A DNA stretch of 59,774 nucleotides, filler included, from Sphacelaria rigidula (Eukaryota): assembly GCA_964200075.2 (NCBI GenBank). It is 9 parts of 9 records of this genome, joined end to end, with 100 filler letters (N's around TTAATTAATTAA, not from the genome) between each part and the next. Parts side by side here need not be neighbours in the genome. Positions count along the whole stretch, not along the records: positions 13,307 to 19,859 come from CAXNAA020019382.1; positions 19,960 to 26,512 come from CAXNAA020019383.1; 7 more parts are not named here. The stretch is one strand, 5' to 3'. A program made the translations under genes and the position numbers. Each line of letters opens with the position of its first letter. The stretch's first letter is position 1. Below are positions 13,431 to 26,207 of the stretch, piece after piece. Below the pieces are notes generated by a model. It worked only from the letters and a program-made list of their open reading frames with translations. It had not been told where the DNA came from and ran no database searches.

Positions 13431-13898
13431 CCGCCATGCTTTGATAGCCGTTCCCAAGCGTCGCGCGGATAAGGCGCAATGGTGGGTCGGTGACAGTGGA
13501 GCGTCTGTACATGGCACTAGCAGTGCCACTCATACGTAGTACAACCTACATACTCCAGCCATCGAGTAATCTCGCCTAGTTGTGGGTTCCGGTGAGAAGA
13601 TGGAGGTAGATCTCATCGGAGATTTGGACGTGGCGCTACACTGTGATGAAGATGTTGTCGTTATCTTGAGGGACGTGTCTTATATTGCTGGCTTATGGTA
13701 TGAATTCATGTCTTTCAAGATCATCCAGGAATTCGAGACTGCTGTCCTTTGCAAGACCGGGGCACACATGCTTGGTGGGCGTGTGCGGTTCGAGAAAAAT
13801 AGAACGGCAACTACGTTCAGGCTACGCGCGTGCCACCGGGTTTCCGTGGGCCACCCGCCGTGGTGGCAGCCGTGATAGAGCAGGAAACGCAACCGGGG

Positions 13899-14149
13899 AC
13901 ACTTTCTACGATAGCCTCTCCCCCCCCAAAAAGTGCATGGTTTTGGGAGGCAAAATCTTCACGTAAATCGAAATGAGAAAAGCCGAACACAACAAGCAGC
14001 CGGAAATTCCCACGCTTGGATTCGTTCTAGCCAATGTCGCCAATATGAGGCGCTTCATGCAGCCTAAACCCAAACATGAGGTGCTGTATGGCCATTTTTC
14101 TTGTGGCACTTTTGGGCTGGTTTCGGGGGGGGGCTATTGTAGAAAGTGT
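13899..14149. mobile_element. 251-bp MITE inserted in Copia
   Basis: The TIRs ACACTTTCTACGATAGCC and GGCTATTGTAGAAAGTGT are flanked by the direct repeat CCGGGG. Confidence 0.85.
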
Positions 14150-15000
14150 CCGGGGCAGACGCAGCGGCCGACGCCGCAACAGCGGCCATCGCCACAATCA
14201 ACACTGCCGCAGCATTGCCTACAGTCTGCGGTAGCCGGGGGCGGAGCTGGGGCGGGCGGAGCAGTGAACGCACCCGGGGCAGACGCAGCGGCCGACGCCG
14301 CAACAGCGGCCATCGCCACAATCAACACTGCCGCAGGATTGCCTACAGTCAGCGGTAGCCGGGGGTGGAGCTGGAGCGGTGGAGCAACGAAGACGGCTAG
14401 CGCAATTGGATCAGACGCAGCGGCCGACGCCGCGACAGCGGCCGTGGTGACAGTCGACACTGCCGCAGCGTCGCGTACAGTCAGCGGGAGTCGGGGGCGG
14501 AACTGGGGCGGTGGAGCAACGGAGACGGCGAATGCCGTCGGAGCAGACGCAGCGGCCGACGCCGCAACAGCGGCCACCGCCACAGTCGACACTGCCGCAG
14601 CATCGCATACAGTCAGCGGTACCCGGGGGTGGAGCTGGAGCGGTGGAGCAACGAAGACGGCGACCGCCGCCGGAGCAGACGCAGCGGCCGGCACCGCAAC
14701 AGCGGCCGTCGTGGCAGCCGACACTGCCGCAGCGTCGCGTACAGTCAGCGGGAGCCGGGGGTGGAGCTGGGGCGGTGGAGCAACGAAGACGGCGAACGAC
14801 GCCAGAGCAGACGCAGCGGCCGGCGCCGCAACAGCGGCCATCGCCACAGTCGACACTGCCGCAGCGTCGCGTACAGTCAGCGGATGCCAGGGGCGGAGCT
14901 GGGGTAGTGGAGCAGCGAATGCTGCCGGAGCAGACGCAGCGGCCGGCACCGCAAAGACACTGCCGCAGCGTCGCTTACAGTCAACGGGAATTGAGAGCGA
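14150..15000 (+). repeat. 132-bp GC-rich tandem repeat (about 6.5 units) in the Copia pol linker
   Basis: CAGACGCAGCGGCCG recurs at 14156, 14280, 14412, 14544, 14676, 14808 and 14931. Confidence 0.95.
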
Positions 15001-16510
15001 AGCTGGAGCGGTGGATCAGCGAAGGCAGCGACCGCAACCGGCACAATTGCAGCGGCCGGCGTCGCAGAAGTGGCCCTCACGGCAAGCATGGCTGCCGCAA
15101 CGGCGTGTTCAGCTTGCAAGGGATGAGGACGAAGGAGGGGCGGTGGAGCAGTTGCTACAATTTCAGGAGGATGAGGACGAAGCAGTGATGGTGGAACAGC
15201 CGGTACAGTTGACGGGGGTATCAAGCGGTACTAGGTCGATGGATCCGTGAATATTGGAGACAGAGGAGACTGCAGGCACCGATCTATAACAACAACAGCA
15301 CCGTGTGACACCGACGGTCACAAGATCCAGATCAAGAGCATCGCCGCTGGGACTGTCTGGAGCATTTGTGATGCTGGCAGTTGAGGCGGACATCGCAAAA
15401 GCTGTTGGTCAGGGAGACGCTGGTTATCATGACAAAAAACTGCTAATGGACTCGAGCTCGCGGGAGACACCGCGGACGTATGCGCAGGCACATTCCGGAT
15501 CACACGGCGCTATCTGGAAGGCCGCAGAAGCCAAGGAATTCGTCGGACTAGCGGCAGTCGGTACTTTCGTGCCAGCGGGAAGAACGTAGCAACGAGGGAC
15601 TAACGTCATCCCGTCCAAGTCGATGTATGCTTGAAAGACGAATGAATTCGGTAAGGTTGTGCGCGCTAAGGCTAGATTAGTAGCTAGAGGGTTTTCGCAG
15701 AGTAAAGGTATGGAGGTTCTGGAGATCTTTTCACCGCGCCCGTGTTCACCGAGTGTTCGTTTGTTAACTGCCATTGCGTGCGAGCTGGGGCTGGATCTAT
15801 GCCATTTTGACGCCGAACAGGGGTTTGTGCAATCAACTTTGGATGAGGAGGTGTACCTTCGTCTACCACAAGGCTGCGGGGACCTATCTGGTAAGGTCGT
15901 GAAACTTGACCGGAGTCTTGCCGACCTCAAACAAGCATCGTGCACTCAGCACAATCATTTGATGAGAGGGATACGGGGTCTCGGTTCCGGAAAGTGTGCT
16001 ACAGATGCGTGTGTGATGCATCTGCAAGAAGATGGTGTGATTTCAATAATGGTTGTCGTACATGTAGATGGCATATTTGCTATCGGACGCAAGAGCAGGT
16101 GTGACCAGTTTGGTAGGGATCTCAGCCGATACATCCCCATTACTAACCTTGGAGAGCTTCGTCTGTACGCTGTCTGCGTATTTTCACGCGACTCCGACTT
16201 AGGTACGATTACGATTTCCCAGCGGGCAGTTGTTGAGAACATTGTGACGAAGTTTGGTGTTACTCGCAACAAGGAAACCCCCATGGTGGTTGACTTAACG
16301 CTTGATGTATTTGACCCAGCTGCACCTGATGTAGAGGTACCTTGTCGATTTTTAGTAGGACGTTTGATACGGCTTGCTAACCAGACCCGCCGCGATATTC
16401 GCAACGCGGTACGTGCCGTGGCGAGGTAAATTCACGCCCCGGAACTTTTGCACTGGAAAGCAGCTTTGCATGTTTATATGTATGTTGGATTCACAAGTAG
16501 CTACAGTATG

Positions 16511-18039
16511 TAGCCAAATGGTACCAAGCCGTAGGTTTCAGTATAATCGCATGCAAGGGTGGAGCAGTGGCAGGGGACAGGGCATCCCGGGTCTATGGCA
16601 CTTTTCTATGTGGCCCCTTGCTGTCTGGCTCGTGATGTGATCTGTTGAGTATCACTCCGTGATAATAACGAGTTAGAAGAAAGGACTTGTCGAGCACGAG
16701 GCTAGTGATACTGGAGGAGTCCCTCGTTGACAGTCCTCTTGTCCAGATCGTCTGGCAGAGGCTATAATATCTAGATAGCGTTTTTCGACCCTCTGTTGGA
16801 GGAGTTTGACTGAGGAGAGGGGCCGCAGCTGGAAGCCAGTCTGGCCCGCAGTCGGAAGGACGCAACTTGAAGCCCACAGCAGTGGAGGACGCTCCGTGGG
16901 CTGGAGGACGCACAAGTCAGGCAAGAGTCTCTCCGTGAAGTGGTGAATCCTAGACGACATGGCTCAAGCGGCGGCAGCTCCGCTGGTTTTAGGTAAGCCA
17001 CTAGACCCGCCGAAGTATGGCGAAGTGTGGACCGAGGGAGCCTCAAAAGGTTTTTATGCCAAATATCTCGACTATTTAGAGAAGTTGAATTTGGCAAATG
17101 CACAAGGAGTCATACGGCATGCCAGGGTGAGCAGCGGAAAACTTATTCCAAGATATTTTCACCGGTGCTTTGAAGACATATGTACAAGGGCCGTCGAGCT
17201 ATGACCCCCGACGAATTGCTAGATGCTGTGAAGCAGCATGCCGGGTACACCACAACCAGCGGCAAGCATGACACTGCGCGGGCTGCAGCAGACCAACGTA
17301 GAGTTTTTACTATGCCACAAAGCGGTGGAACATTCGTCAAGGATCGTACGATGATGGTCAATTCATCGATGAATTCTTTTTTCGCAGAAAACCTCACGGT
17401 GCAAGCCATGTACCGTGCGGAAGACAGGAGCTGGTTGCCAGGCCAGGCCGAGTCGGTTTCCACAGCTTTGGTGGACGGGATTTCGCCTCCAGAATTCAAG
17501 GCGTATGTTTGAAATGTACTAGCGTATGTTGACGGTTGGAAAAGAACCCAACGGAGGTGTTCAACAAATTATTTGATGCCGCCGACTACTGGAAGTTCAT
17601 CGAGGCGCATGGCCGGCGTGACTCTGCGGCAAATGCATGTGGTGCGCGCCGCAAACAACAACAGCAACAGTCTTCGCCAGCATCGTCTACTCGCGCGTGT
17701 TACGACTGCGGTGACAACGGACACCTGGTTGAGGACGGCCCCAAGCTTCGCGCTCAAGGTGATGCTCAGGGCAATGCACGGGATTCATCAGGATCTCGAG
17801 GCGGTCGTCACGGTCGACGGGGCCATGCCAACCAGGGACGCGGGCGCGGCGGCCGCGGTAGAAAGCAGTCGGCGGCGGATGGTGGTTCCTCCACTGCTGC
17901 TTCTTCCACTACGTCATCAGGTGGTGACTCTGGATCTTATGGTTCGTCCGTGTCGGGGCGGACAGTGTACGTGGGAAATGCAAATACGTCGGTGGGGAGT
18001 GCTGGAGCGACTAGTTCGCAACCCCTCGGCCAGGCAAGA
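16511..18039 (+). mobile_element. Ty3/Gypsy copy B: LTR end remnant, PBS-like site, 5'UTR and gag
   Basis: TAGCCA-AA-TGGTACCAAGCCG is followed by sequence highly similar to 48208-49630. The gag has a degenerate knuckle, CYDCGDNGHLVEDG. Confidence 0.88.
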
Positions 18040-18399
18040 TGTCCAGAGATTGCTGCCTGCCCCGGCAGCGTGTTCACAATGAATGAATAAGAAATAGTTA
18101 ATTATCGGGGAACAAGAGAGAGTGACCCCCGAGGGGATCAACAACTCCCACTCACAACGCCGAGAACCACATATTCAGCCAATCTCCCGCGGGCCATCCA
18201 AACGTCCCACGGGACTTGTTCAGTATTTCCCGCGGGCCATACAAATGTCCCGCGAAACATTCTCAATCTTGTTCTGGATAACGTTCCTTAGGACGGAGAC
18301 TTCCAAAGAAACATATCTTACAATACCCTGAAAGATATCTGCGGATGCAGACTTGACAAATATACGGATACCCTTCCTCGGGCATTTGCTACACCAACA
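18040..18399 (-). repeat. Putative Copia 3' LTR (TGTTGG...TGGACA)
   Basis: TG..CA termini lie just downstream of the RNase H stop, and the outer end coincides with the insertion point in the Gypsy gag. Confidence 0.65.
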
Positions 18400-19791
18400 A
18401 GTGGTTTTCTTTGATCGACTCTCAAACCTCTCAACAAATATATACTGCTTCACTCAATACTCTACAAAAAAATCGGTAGTGGACAAAAAATCCACGAGGT
18501 AACGCTTTGGTCAGAATACCAGCGTGTTGCTCGTTACTCCGTACATGTTCCAACGTTATCCTCTTTTTGTCCACCAGCTCCCTAAAAAAATGATGACGAA
18601 TATATGTATGGTTACCCCTCTTCGATGAGATTATTGGACTTTCAGCCGAAGCAATCGCACTCTCGTTATCCTCCAACACCTTGATGGTTCTTGCTTTCCT
18701 GTCAGCTTGAAGAAAATCCACAATTCCGTCTGTAAAGCAAGCTTCTTTGACACCATCCCCCATAGCAACATACTTTGCTTCCGTGGTCGAAGGTGTAACG
18801 CTCTTCTGCGTCCTAGAGTACCATGATACTGGTGATCTACCACACAAAACTGCACCAACCGATACCGATCTACTCGCCTCGTCCTTCCCGTCGTCCGCAT
18901 CCACACACGCCGTCGTTCTTATCTCTACACCAGGTCCTACACGATATGTCAGCCCTAGGTCCGACGTTGAATGCAGGTACTCGGAAATCGTTTGTACTGC
19001 CTTCAAGTGGATTTTCTTCGGGTTGTGCGAGTGCCGCGCTACGGCTCTCACTGAGTTGGAGATTTCAGGCCTGGTTTGATTGGCAATCCACATCAGAAAC
19101 CCCGCCATTTTGCGGAACGGCACATCCTTTACACCCTTGTCACCCACGAACCTGAGATTCATAGAGGTAAAGGCGGGAAAAGAGCTGGAGCGGCAAGTAT
19201 CAAAACGTTCAAGTACGCTTATAATTAATCTGTCTGTGACAATTCGATAGCCCTGTTCTCGTAGATGCTTAGCTGGCAGTGTGTCATTTAGTGCTTCCAC
19301 TATTGTCTTACCTAGACTACTTGCCCCTTCAAGAATGATATCATCTACATGCAAAACGACTACTTCTACCAAGCTACCATCCACTAGCAATCGCAATATG
19401 CATGGATCCGACAGGCACCTCTCGAAACCAATTTTACAAGTCTCGGCACTAACAGTTTGTAGATTTGTCTGGCACCCTATTTCAGTCCATAAATGGATCT
19501 ATTACGGCGGACAATTTTTCCTGACATTGATCCGCAACCTGGGGGCAGATTCATATAGACCTCACAGTCCAAATCCGACTGAATGAACGCCTGCTCGATG
19601 TCGAAATGACTAAGATCCCATCCATACGCATCTACCGATGCTACGAGGAGACGAATTGTTGCAGCATTCGCAGTAGGTGGAAACACCTCCAGGAAATTAA
19701 TCTTGTACCGTTGACTAAACCCTTTTACTACAAGCCTAGCCATTGCCTTCAAGATTTCGCCGTTGACATCAGTTTTCCACTTGAAAGGAGT
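18040..19791 (-). mobile_element. Ty1/Copia 3' half (RT, RNase H, 3' LTR) inserted into the gag of Gypsy B
   Basis: KAMARLVVKGFSQ, DIEQAFIQSDLDCEVY, HVDD, STTEAKY, LEDNESAI and IRHHFFRE motifs. Gypsy homology stops exactly at 18039. Confidence 0.9.
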
Positions 19792-19859
19792 CATCCTACG
19801 ATAGGGGGGGGGGTATTTGGTTGCACGAAAAACGAGGCTCATAAGTGTGTCAAACACCC

Positions 19860-19959
19860 NNNNNNNNNNNNNNNNNNNNNNNNNNNNNNNNNNNNNNNNN
19901 NNNTTAATTAATTAANNNNNNNNNNNNNNNNNNNNNNNNNNNNNNNNNNNNNNNNNNNN
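19860..19959. other. Artificial contig spacer
   Basis: N-TTAATTAATTAA-N. Confidence 0.98.
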
Positions 19960-20046
19960 TAGTGCTCCGTCTCGAAAGGGATGCGTGGTCAATGGTCAAA
20001 TGACTAAGGCAAGCAACAAATGAGTACGCCCCCCCATCGTAGGATG

Positions 20047-21620
20047 ACTCATGTGTCTGCTGCCCCTCTTTGTTTTCGGCAAAGGACCAAGGAAATCAAA
20101 CGCTACTATTTGCCCCGGCCACCGCACCGTATACCGATCAGATTTCTTGGCCTGACATGCGTAACAGCATCCAATCCAGAATTTAACACTTTCTTTCATC
20201 CCTATCCACCAATAGTACCATTGCAGAAGAAAGAGGGTCACTTTCCCCCCCAGATGTACTGCTCCCTTGCGCGTTTGGTCCATTACCCAGGGCCTCAGCA
20301 ACAAGGGGACATAGGTTCTCATCTATTCGTCTCCGAGGTGTCGCTCAAAAATGCCCGGGTTCTGCTCTCCGACTCCAAGGGCGCGACCGTCAGCTTGTGT
20401 ACGAACAGTTTCCCACCGTCCGCCAGCTCAATCAAATCGCCTTGTTTTAACAGATCTCGTAGTTCTTTCTCGTCAATTCCGCTATCCCCAGGTTTCCCCT
20501 CTTCCTTCGAGAGTGTTGTCTTTCCCTGTGAGAGATACCCGGCAGTCGTTCGAGTGGTCAAATCAACTACTTGGATTTGCGCCCAGTCACTTGCTAACTT
20601 GGTACACATCCGCTCCCCAAAATTGCACGCTTCGCCGCCTCTAGAGTGCGCGCAGGCGTATCTGAACCGTCCTCTTCGATCGACCCCGCCTCCTCATCCG
20701 TGATTACAAAAGTTTGCGAGCCCGCCGTCTCGTGTAAAAACTGTTCACCTACTTCAGTAACGGGGCAAGCATGTAAGCACAAACCCGGTTCCCGCTGCCC
20801 ACATACCACATCGGTAACACTCTGGGACAGAATTCGCGAGTCATCCTATACCACTTCCGGTCCCTTCCAGCTCAGTCCAGCACTCGTGGACTTCAGTCTC
20901 TCCTGCATCCGATCCCATGTGACGTCCGCTATCTCTGACGAAGTCAGTGGGGCGGCCGAATGTGCACTCTCCCCCCATGAAACTTACCCCGGGGAGCAAG
21001 CCCACCCAAGCTCAAAGCACGGCGACCAGACAGCACAAAGGGAGGCCCGTCCAAGCTGGCAACATGAGAGGATCTGAGATCCCGCGGCGCCACCCCTCTA
21101 GCACCGATAAAGTAAACATCTAAATCAGCCGGGTCAGAGATTCGAAAACGTCCACTTACATCTTCTGCGCTGTAAGCAAGAGGAAGCTGCGATAGCATAT
21201 CAGCGTTGGAAATAGCCACCCCAGGCTTGAAAAAGATCTGATAGGTGCCAGTACTGATAAAATCTTGCCAAGGCTGGGCCCTAGGCACTTTCTCGGCAAG
21301 ACTGAATGAACTGCGCAAAGGTTGATGGTCGCTGAAAATTTGGAAAGGAATCCCATAGAACAGCGGCCGGTTTCGCTTGACGGCCCAAACAATCGCACCC
21401 GCTTCCAACTCGTTGGCAGTCCAGTTACGCTCGTTAGGCAAAGTACCGCCGCTCAAAAAACACTACGACCGCACGTCATCTTCCGAATGGCGTTGCTCCA
21501 CCACCGCCCCCACCCCATCTTTACTCGCGTCCGTACTCTGTCTATAATCGAACTCTATGTTCACAGGATGGGCTGATGTGGTGATCTCAGATTTCAGTTG
21601 GATCATTTGATTGCAACATA
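20047..21620 (-). mobile_element. Decayed Ty3/Gypsy pol fragment (RNase H to integrase zinc finger)
   Basis: TDASKDG, ERNWTANELEAGAIVWAV..SDHQPL, NADMLS; H..YYWW..CYACQ; FDFLGPLP. Cut at 20046 by a CATCCTACG element. Confidence 0.88.
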
Positions 21621-23102
21621 GCAGGTAAAAACTCCTCTACATCAGCCGCGCCACCCTGCCCAACGAGGCCAACTGGAGCCCGCTAGAATTGGATGGCGGA
21701 GGAATCACCTGGGCCATTGAGCGCCTTCGACAATATCTGTTTCACGTGCCCTTTGAGATTTATACGGATCATGGAGCACTCGAACAGCTCGCCAAGGTTG
21801 GCGAGTACAACCCGCGTGAACAACGGTGGCTGGAGTTTCTAACAGAATACCAGTAACCATTAAGCACCGTCCAGGCAAAACCAACGGGAACGCTGATCTT
21901 CTTTCTCGACTACCCCTGCCGCCTACGGCCGCAGATTTCAGCCCGGCTTGCCGTTTAACGGAACCCGATGAACCTGGTTTTACCCGATTGGACGTTTTTC
22001 AACACCCGTTTATGCCCTCGGTCTCCAGTGCCCAGAAATTGGAATGCATATCGGAGGACCTCGTCTTTTATCATATGACGCCGTCTTGGGTGGGTTAGCG
22101 CCCACTACCTCCGATTGTGTCGATTTCCGCACTTTCGGTAATCGCGCGAAGTTCTTCACGGAGACATCTTCGATCACTCACCTAATCCCCGACAACACGC
22201 GCTCCCAGTCTGCCGCCCGCACCACACCCCCGAGTGCCCCGCCGCCACCGATAACACCTGCAAATTTTACGAGCCACGCAACACCGGTCCCACGGACCAG
22301 CACGCAACACTCCGCGAAAACTTCTGCAACGTGCACCACGCGCCGCGGACCATCTTCGCCGCGCACTGATACAGCCCCGCCGCCGATAACGGCGCCACCA
22401 ACATCTACCGCTCCTGAGTATGGGGCCGACCACTCAGCTCCTACTCCAGGAGCAGATATTGACGTCGGCGTTTCTGCCCCGTCGCCTATTCCCCCGCTGC
22501 CTACCCCACAATGTTTGGTCAGCTCTCTTCAGCGGAAGGTCAACTGCGCGAGTTTCTCGCCAGCTACTCTCACCGCGATTGGGCTCGGGAACGAAACGCG
22601 GAACCGTTATGTCGCGCAGCCATCCGCTACTCACAGCTTGACTGTTCAGTCCCTTTTTCATCCGCCCTTCTGGCCCCGGTTGGCACACTGACACCACCAG
22701 ATATCTCTGACGGATACGAACTCGTGCGTAAAGGTACCATTTTTACTACGGATAAAGGCGTTCAACTTCTCGTGCGTCGCCCCACGCCTTTGACGGGCGC
22801 AATTTCCGTCTCAACCACGGGACGCCACGCACGACTACTCGATGACGAACCAACGCGCACATATGTCCCATTATTAATGCGCCCCCGGGTCATGAAAGGG
22901 TGCCACACAGACTTGTCATGTCACCTTGGCGTCACCCGCACCCTAGCGCTCTTGGAACGCTTCTACTGGTGAGTTGGCATGGAAGCTTCCACCCGCTTCT
23001 GGATTCAGCGATGCTTCAGATGCCTAGCGCAAAAAACTTTACGGCAGACAATACGCTGGCCCGTCATCTCTTTGGGATTCCCCAACGCGCCAGGCCACCT
23101 TG

Positions 23103-23516
23103 AACAGAGGGTTCTATATATGAGGTTCATCAATGAATTGAGGTTCGAGCTCAAAACAGTACTTTCTCCACGCTTTCAGCGATGGTGCCCAATGACTTTG
23201 TTGTCAGCCTAATGCCCCTCGATTGCGTAGATACTTCTTCAGCGCATTTGATCGACTCTGTGAGCTTGCAGCGCTGTCCGAAACCGCCATTTTTACTTGT
23301 TTTTTAGGGGGGGGAAATATCAGGGAAAACAGCAGGTTCGGTTAGCGCTGAAAGCTCACAGAGTCGGTAAAATGCGCTGAAAAATATCTACGCGATCGAG
23401 GGGCATTAGGCCAACAAAAACGTCGTCGGGCACCATCGCTGAAAGTGTGGAGAAAGTACTGTTTTGGGCTCGAACCTCATTTCATTGATGAACCTCATTT
23501 TATAGAACTCTCTGTT
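23103..23516. mobile_element. 414-bp foldback MITE with ~185-bp TIRs and a 3-bp TSD (TTG)
   Basis: Removing it restores the integrase sequence PGHLVSFDSFGPL. Termini are AACAGAG...CTCTGTT. Confidence 0.92.
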
Positions 23517-23518
23517 TT

Positions 23519-24664
23519 GTGTCCTTTGACTCATTTGGCCCTCTACTGACCACAGGTCGCGGCAACACCTACATCTTACTCTTCACTGACCGCTTCAGCC
23601 GCCACGCGTTCATATACGCGGTAACCGCTGCAGATTTCACTGCGGCCGGAACGGCCGATATATTGGTCCACGACTACATTAAGCACTACAGTTGCCCGAA
23701 ACGGCTCCTTTCAGACAATGGTCAACAATTTTGCTCAGATTTCTCTGATGAGCGTTACAAGCTCCCGGGCATCCGCAAAATTGCCGCGAGAGCCCACCAC
23801 CCGAACAGTAACGGTGGTCCCGAAAGAGTTAATCACACCATGGCCCAGATGCTCTCTATGATTGTGAATGACCGCCAAAATGACTGGGACCTACATCTCT
23901 CGCACATCATGTTGTCCTACAACAACTCGGTTTACGCCGCCACAGGCCTTTCTGCGAACGAACTCCATCTCGGACGTTACCCTCGGCTACCCATCACCGT
24001 GTTTGAGCGGCACACGTTCGATGGCCACCAAGGATTGGATCAGGATCAGATTTACTATCACAAACTAGCGCATTCACAACAACGCAAAGCGTTTACCCTC
24101 GTGCGCGAACAACACGCTATCAATGCCTCGCGCCTTGGGATATCTAATACTGCTCTCTACAACCTCATGCACAAACGCCCCAACCGGAAAGTTGGTGATT
24201 GGGTCTGGATCTGCAACAGTTCGTCGACCATCCGCCAAGGCACCAGCAAGGCAGCCAACGTCACAATTTCAAAGACAAAAATGTCCCTCAATTGGACAGA
24301 ACCATTCAAGATCCTGACAGTCGGACCATCGTCATCATCATCGGATGATAAATCCGTTGGTGACAAACTGCTCTATCTCGAGCTGCCTCGCGACGTCCAG
24401 GGCAAGGATACCGGACCCCGCGTCTCCGTGCACAGATGCAAACCCTGCACGAACCCGCATGATACAAGTGACATGCCCAAGTACCTGCCTGCCGGACTAA
24501 CACCGTACGTTCTCAACAGCTATTCGACCAAGTACCCGCCCTATCATGTCACCACGGACAACTTGACGGACCAGCCCCTCCGATTGACCGTGCCCACCAT
24601 CTCCGGCCACCAGATCACCCGTGGCCGAGATGGCAAAATTGCTGTCATGTCTACGACCCACTGA
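23519..24664 (+). pseudogene. Gypsy integrase core and C-terminus (381-aa open segment)
   Basis: The D,D,E motifs are intact in this segment. The upstream part is broken by a MITE and by stops. Confidence 0.88.
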
Positions 24665-25868
24665 CACGGTCTTCGGAGAGCGTTTTGGGCACGCGAATCC
24701 GACCTTCAATTGCACCGCTGTGCAATCCTCCTGTACAGGACACAATCCCAACATCAGCATCTTGCTCACAACAAAAAAAATCGCAACATGCGTTGTGGTG
24801 CAGCAGCCCGCGGGCCTCACCGCGATCAGGGACGGCGCTTTGACGCCGATGGTAACGAACTTGTACCCACCAAGACTTGTAAGTCGAAGTTCTTCGCAAA
24901 CCAGCGAATACTACCCAAGGGCAGCTACCTTGGTTTGAAGCCAGCGACAACCTCTGGTGGTTGGGTCCGACCCACTCCGCTAACCTGATTTCTGCCGACA
25001 CATACATCGTGCGCTTCATTGATGACGCTGGACCCGCACGGCTCAAGCTCCGGCCAGCACCATAAATCACCAGCCCGTCTGTACCACGCGGATCCTGGTG
25101 TCTTCAGCGACTCAAGTCGAAAGGATTTCGCCGCGGTTTCCAGCGCAACATCGACCACACCCACGACCTTCACGCACCGCTTTGAACCACGCTCCTTCAC
25201 TGCAACTTTCTTCCCTTCTTCAGTATTTTTTTGCCCTCCCTTTTTCACTAGTACCCTACTCTGTGACATCCACAACAGGACCGCCTTCATCCGACGACGA
25301 TCGAAGAACTACTAGGAGCCACCCACCATCTACGACTACTGGAGCTCCAGTATCCCCTTCAGGCTGGCGCTCGATCTCGTTGAATCACCGATTGTCAGAT
25401 TTATTTCCCTTACTTCCGACCAACATGCGTTGGTCGCATACTGATCTTGCCGTTTTTTCCTTAGGAATCCCTCAGGTAGAAGTTCTGCTCCCTCTTGTAC
25501 CTCCCTGTTTTTCTCCTTCATTTTGCTAGGACGCCGAAGATTTGTGCTTCTTCGTTGATCGCTAGCACGCAGAAGCAGTTTGTTCCTCCGCGTTTCGAAG
25601 CATTTTTTCTGCTCCTGGAAGCGATATATGCTCGCCTTCTTTTGAGGTGTGGGAGTGGGTACGGGAGTGTTTCCTGAGGAATGCTTTACTGGCCGCTCAT
25701 GACTCCACGCGTAAAGAAAAACCTTAGTTTTCGCTGCATTTGAGGATAAAACCCTCGCAGCTGTAATAAAGGTTCGTCTGAGTGGGTTGATGTCATGAGG
25801 AGCATATTAGCCTGTTGTCATGCCGCCTCAGATCCGTCGATGAGTCCGGCTTTATATTTTATTCCAGG

Positions 25869-26207
25869 CTACACACACGGCCATTTGGCTACGCCCCAAA
25901 ATGCCTCCGGAGGGATGCTCGGCCCTCCAGGGGGAAAACAAGCCTCCGGAGGCGTTCAACCCCTCTAGAGGAGACCAAACTCTACCGACCCAGAGGGCCG
26001 CGCACCCTGCCGGAGGAATTTGGGGGTATGCGCAGCCCTCCGGAGGCAAAAATAAGCCTCCGGAGGCGTTCAACCCCTCTGGAGGGAACCTAAAAATATC
26101 CTTTGGAGGGCTGCGCACCCCTCCGGAGGCGTGGAATTCCTCTGGAGGCTCGAAAAGTGTACCCACCTGGAGGAAGTTCGGAGGTAGCCAAATGGCCGCG
26201 TGTGTAG
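25869..26207. mobile_element. MITE, copy 2 of the 4385-4717 family (inverted)
   Basis: TIRs CTACACACACGGCCATTTGGCTAC and GTAGCCAAATGGCCGCGTGTGTAG; internal CCTCCGGAGG repeats. Confidence 0.88.

Larger units (their letters stand above)
13480..16510 (+). mobile_element. Decayed Ty1/Copia retrotransposon (protease, repeat-rich linker, RT); no integrase visible
   Basis: WVGDSGASVHG protease motif at about 13483; KARLVARGFSQ, DAEQGFVQSTLDEEVYL, LKQAS and HVDG (degenerate YVDD) in 15659-16429; many stops. Confidence 0.9.
21635..25820 (+). mobile_element. Decayed Ty3/Gypsy (RNase H, integrase, chromodomain-like C-terminus, putative PPT and 3' LTR)
   Basis: TLPNEANWSPLEL..YTDHGAL; NADLLSRLP; CHLGVTRT..CFRC; TDRFSR..SDNGQQF..ERVNHT; WTEPF. 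A purine-rich tract at about 25643-25667 is followed by TG..CA at 25668-25820. Confidence 0.88.

Noticed and set aside
13973..15250. 425-aa Ala/Thr-rich ORF as an antifreeze or adhesin gene
   Set aside because: It starts inside a MITE and runs through a Copia tandem repeat that is open in several frames.
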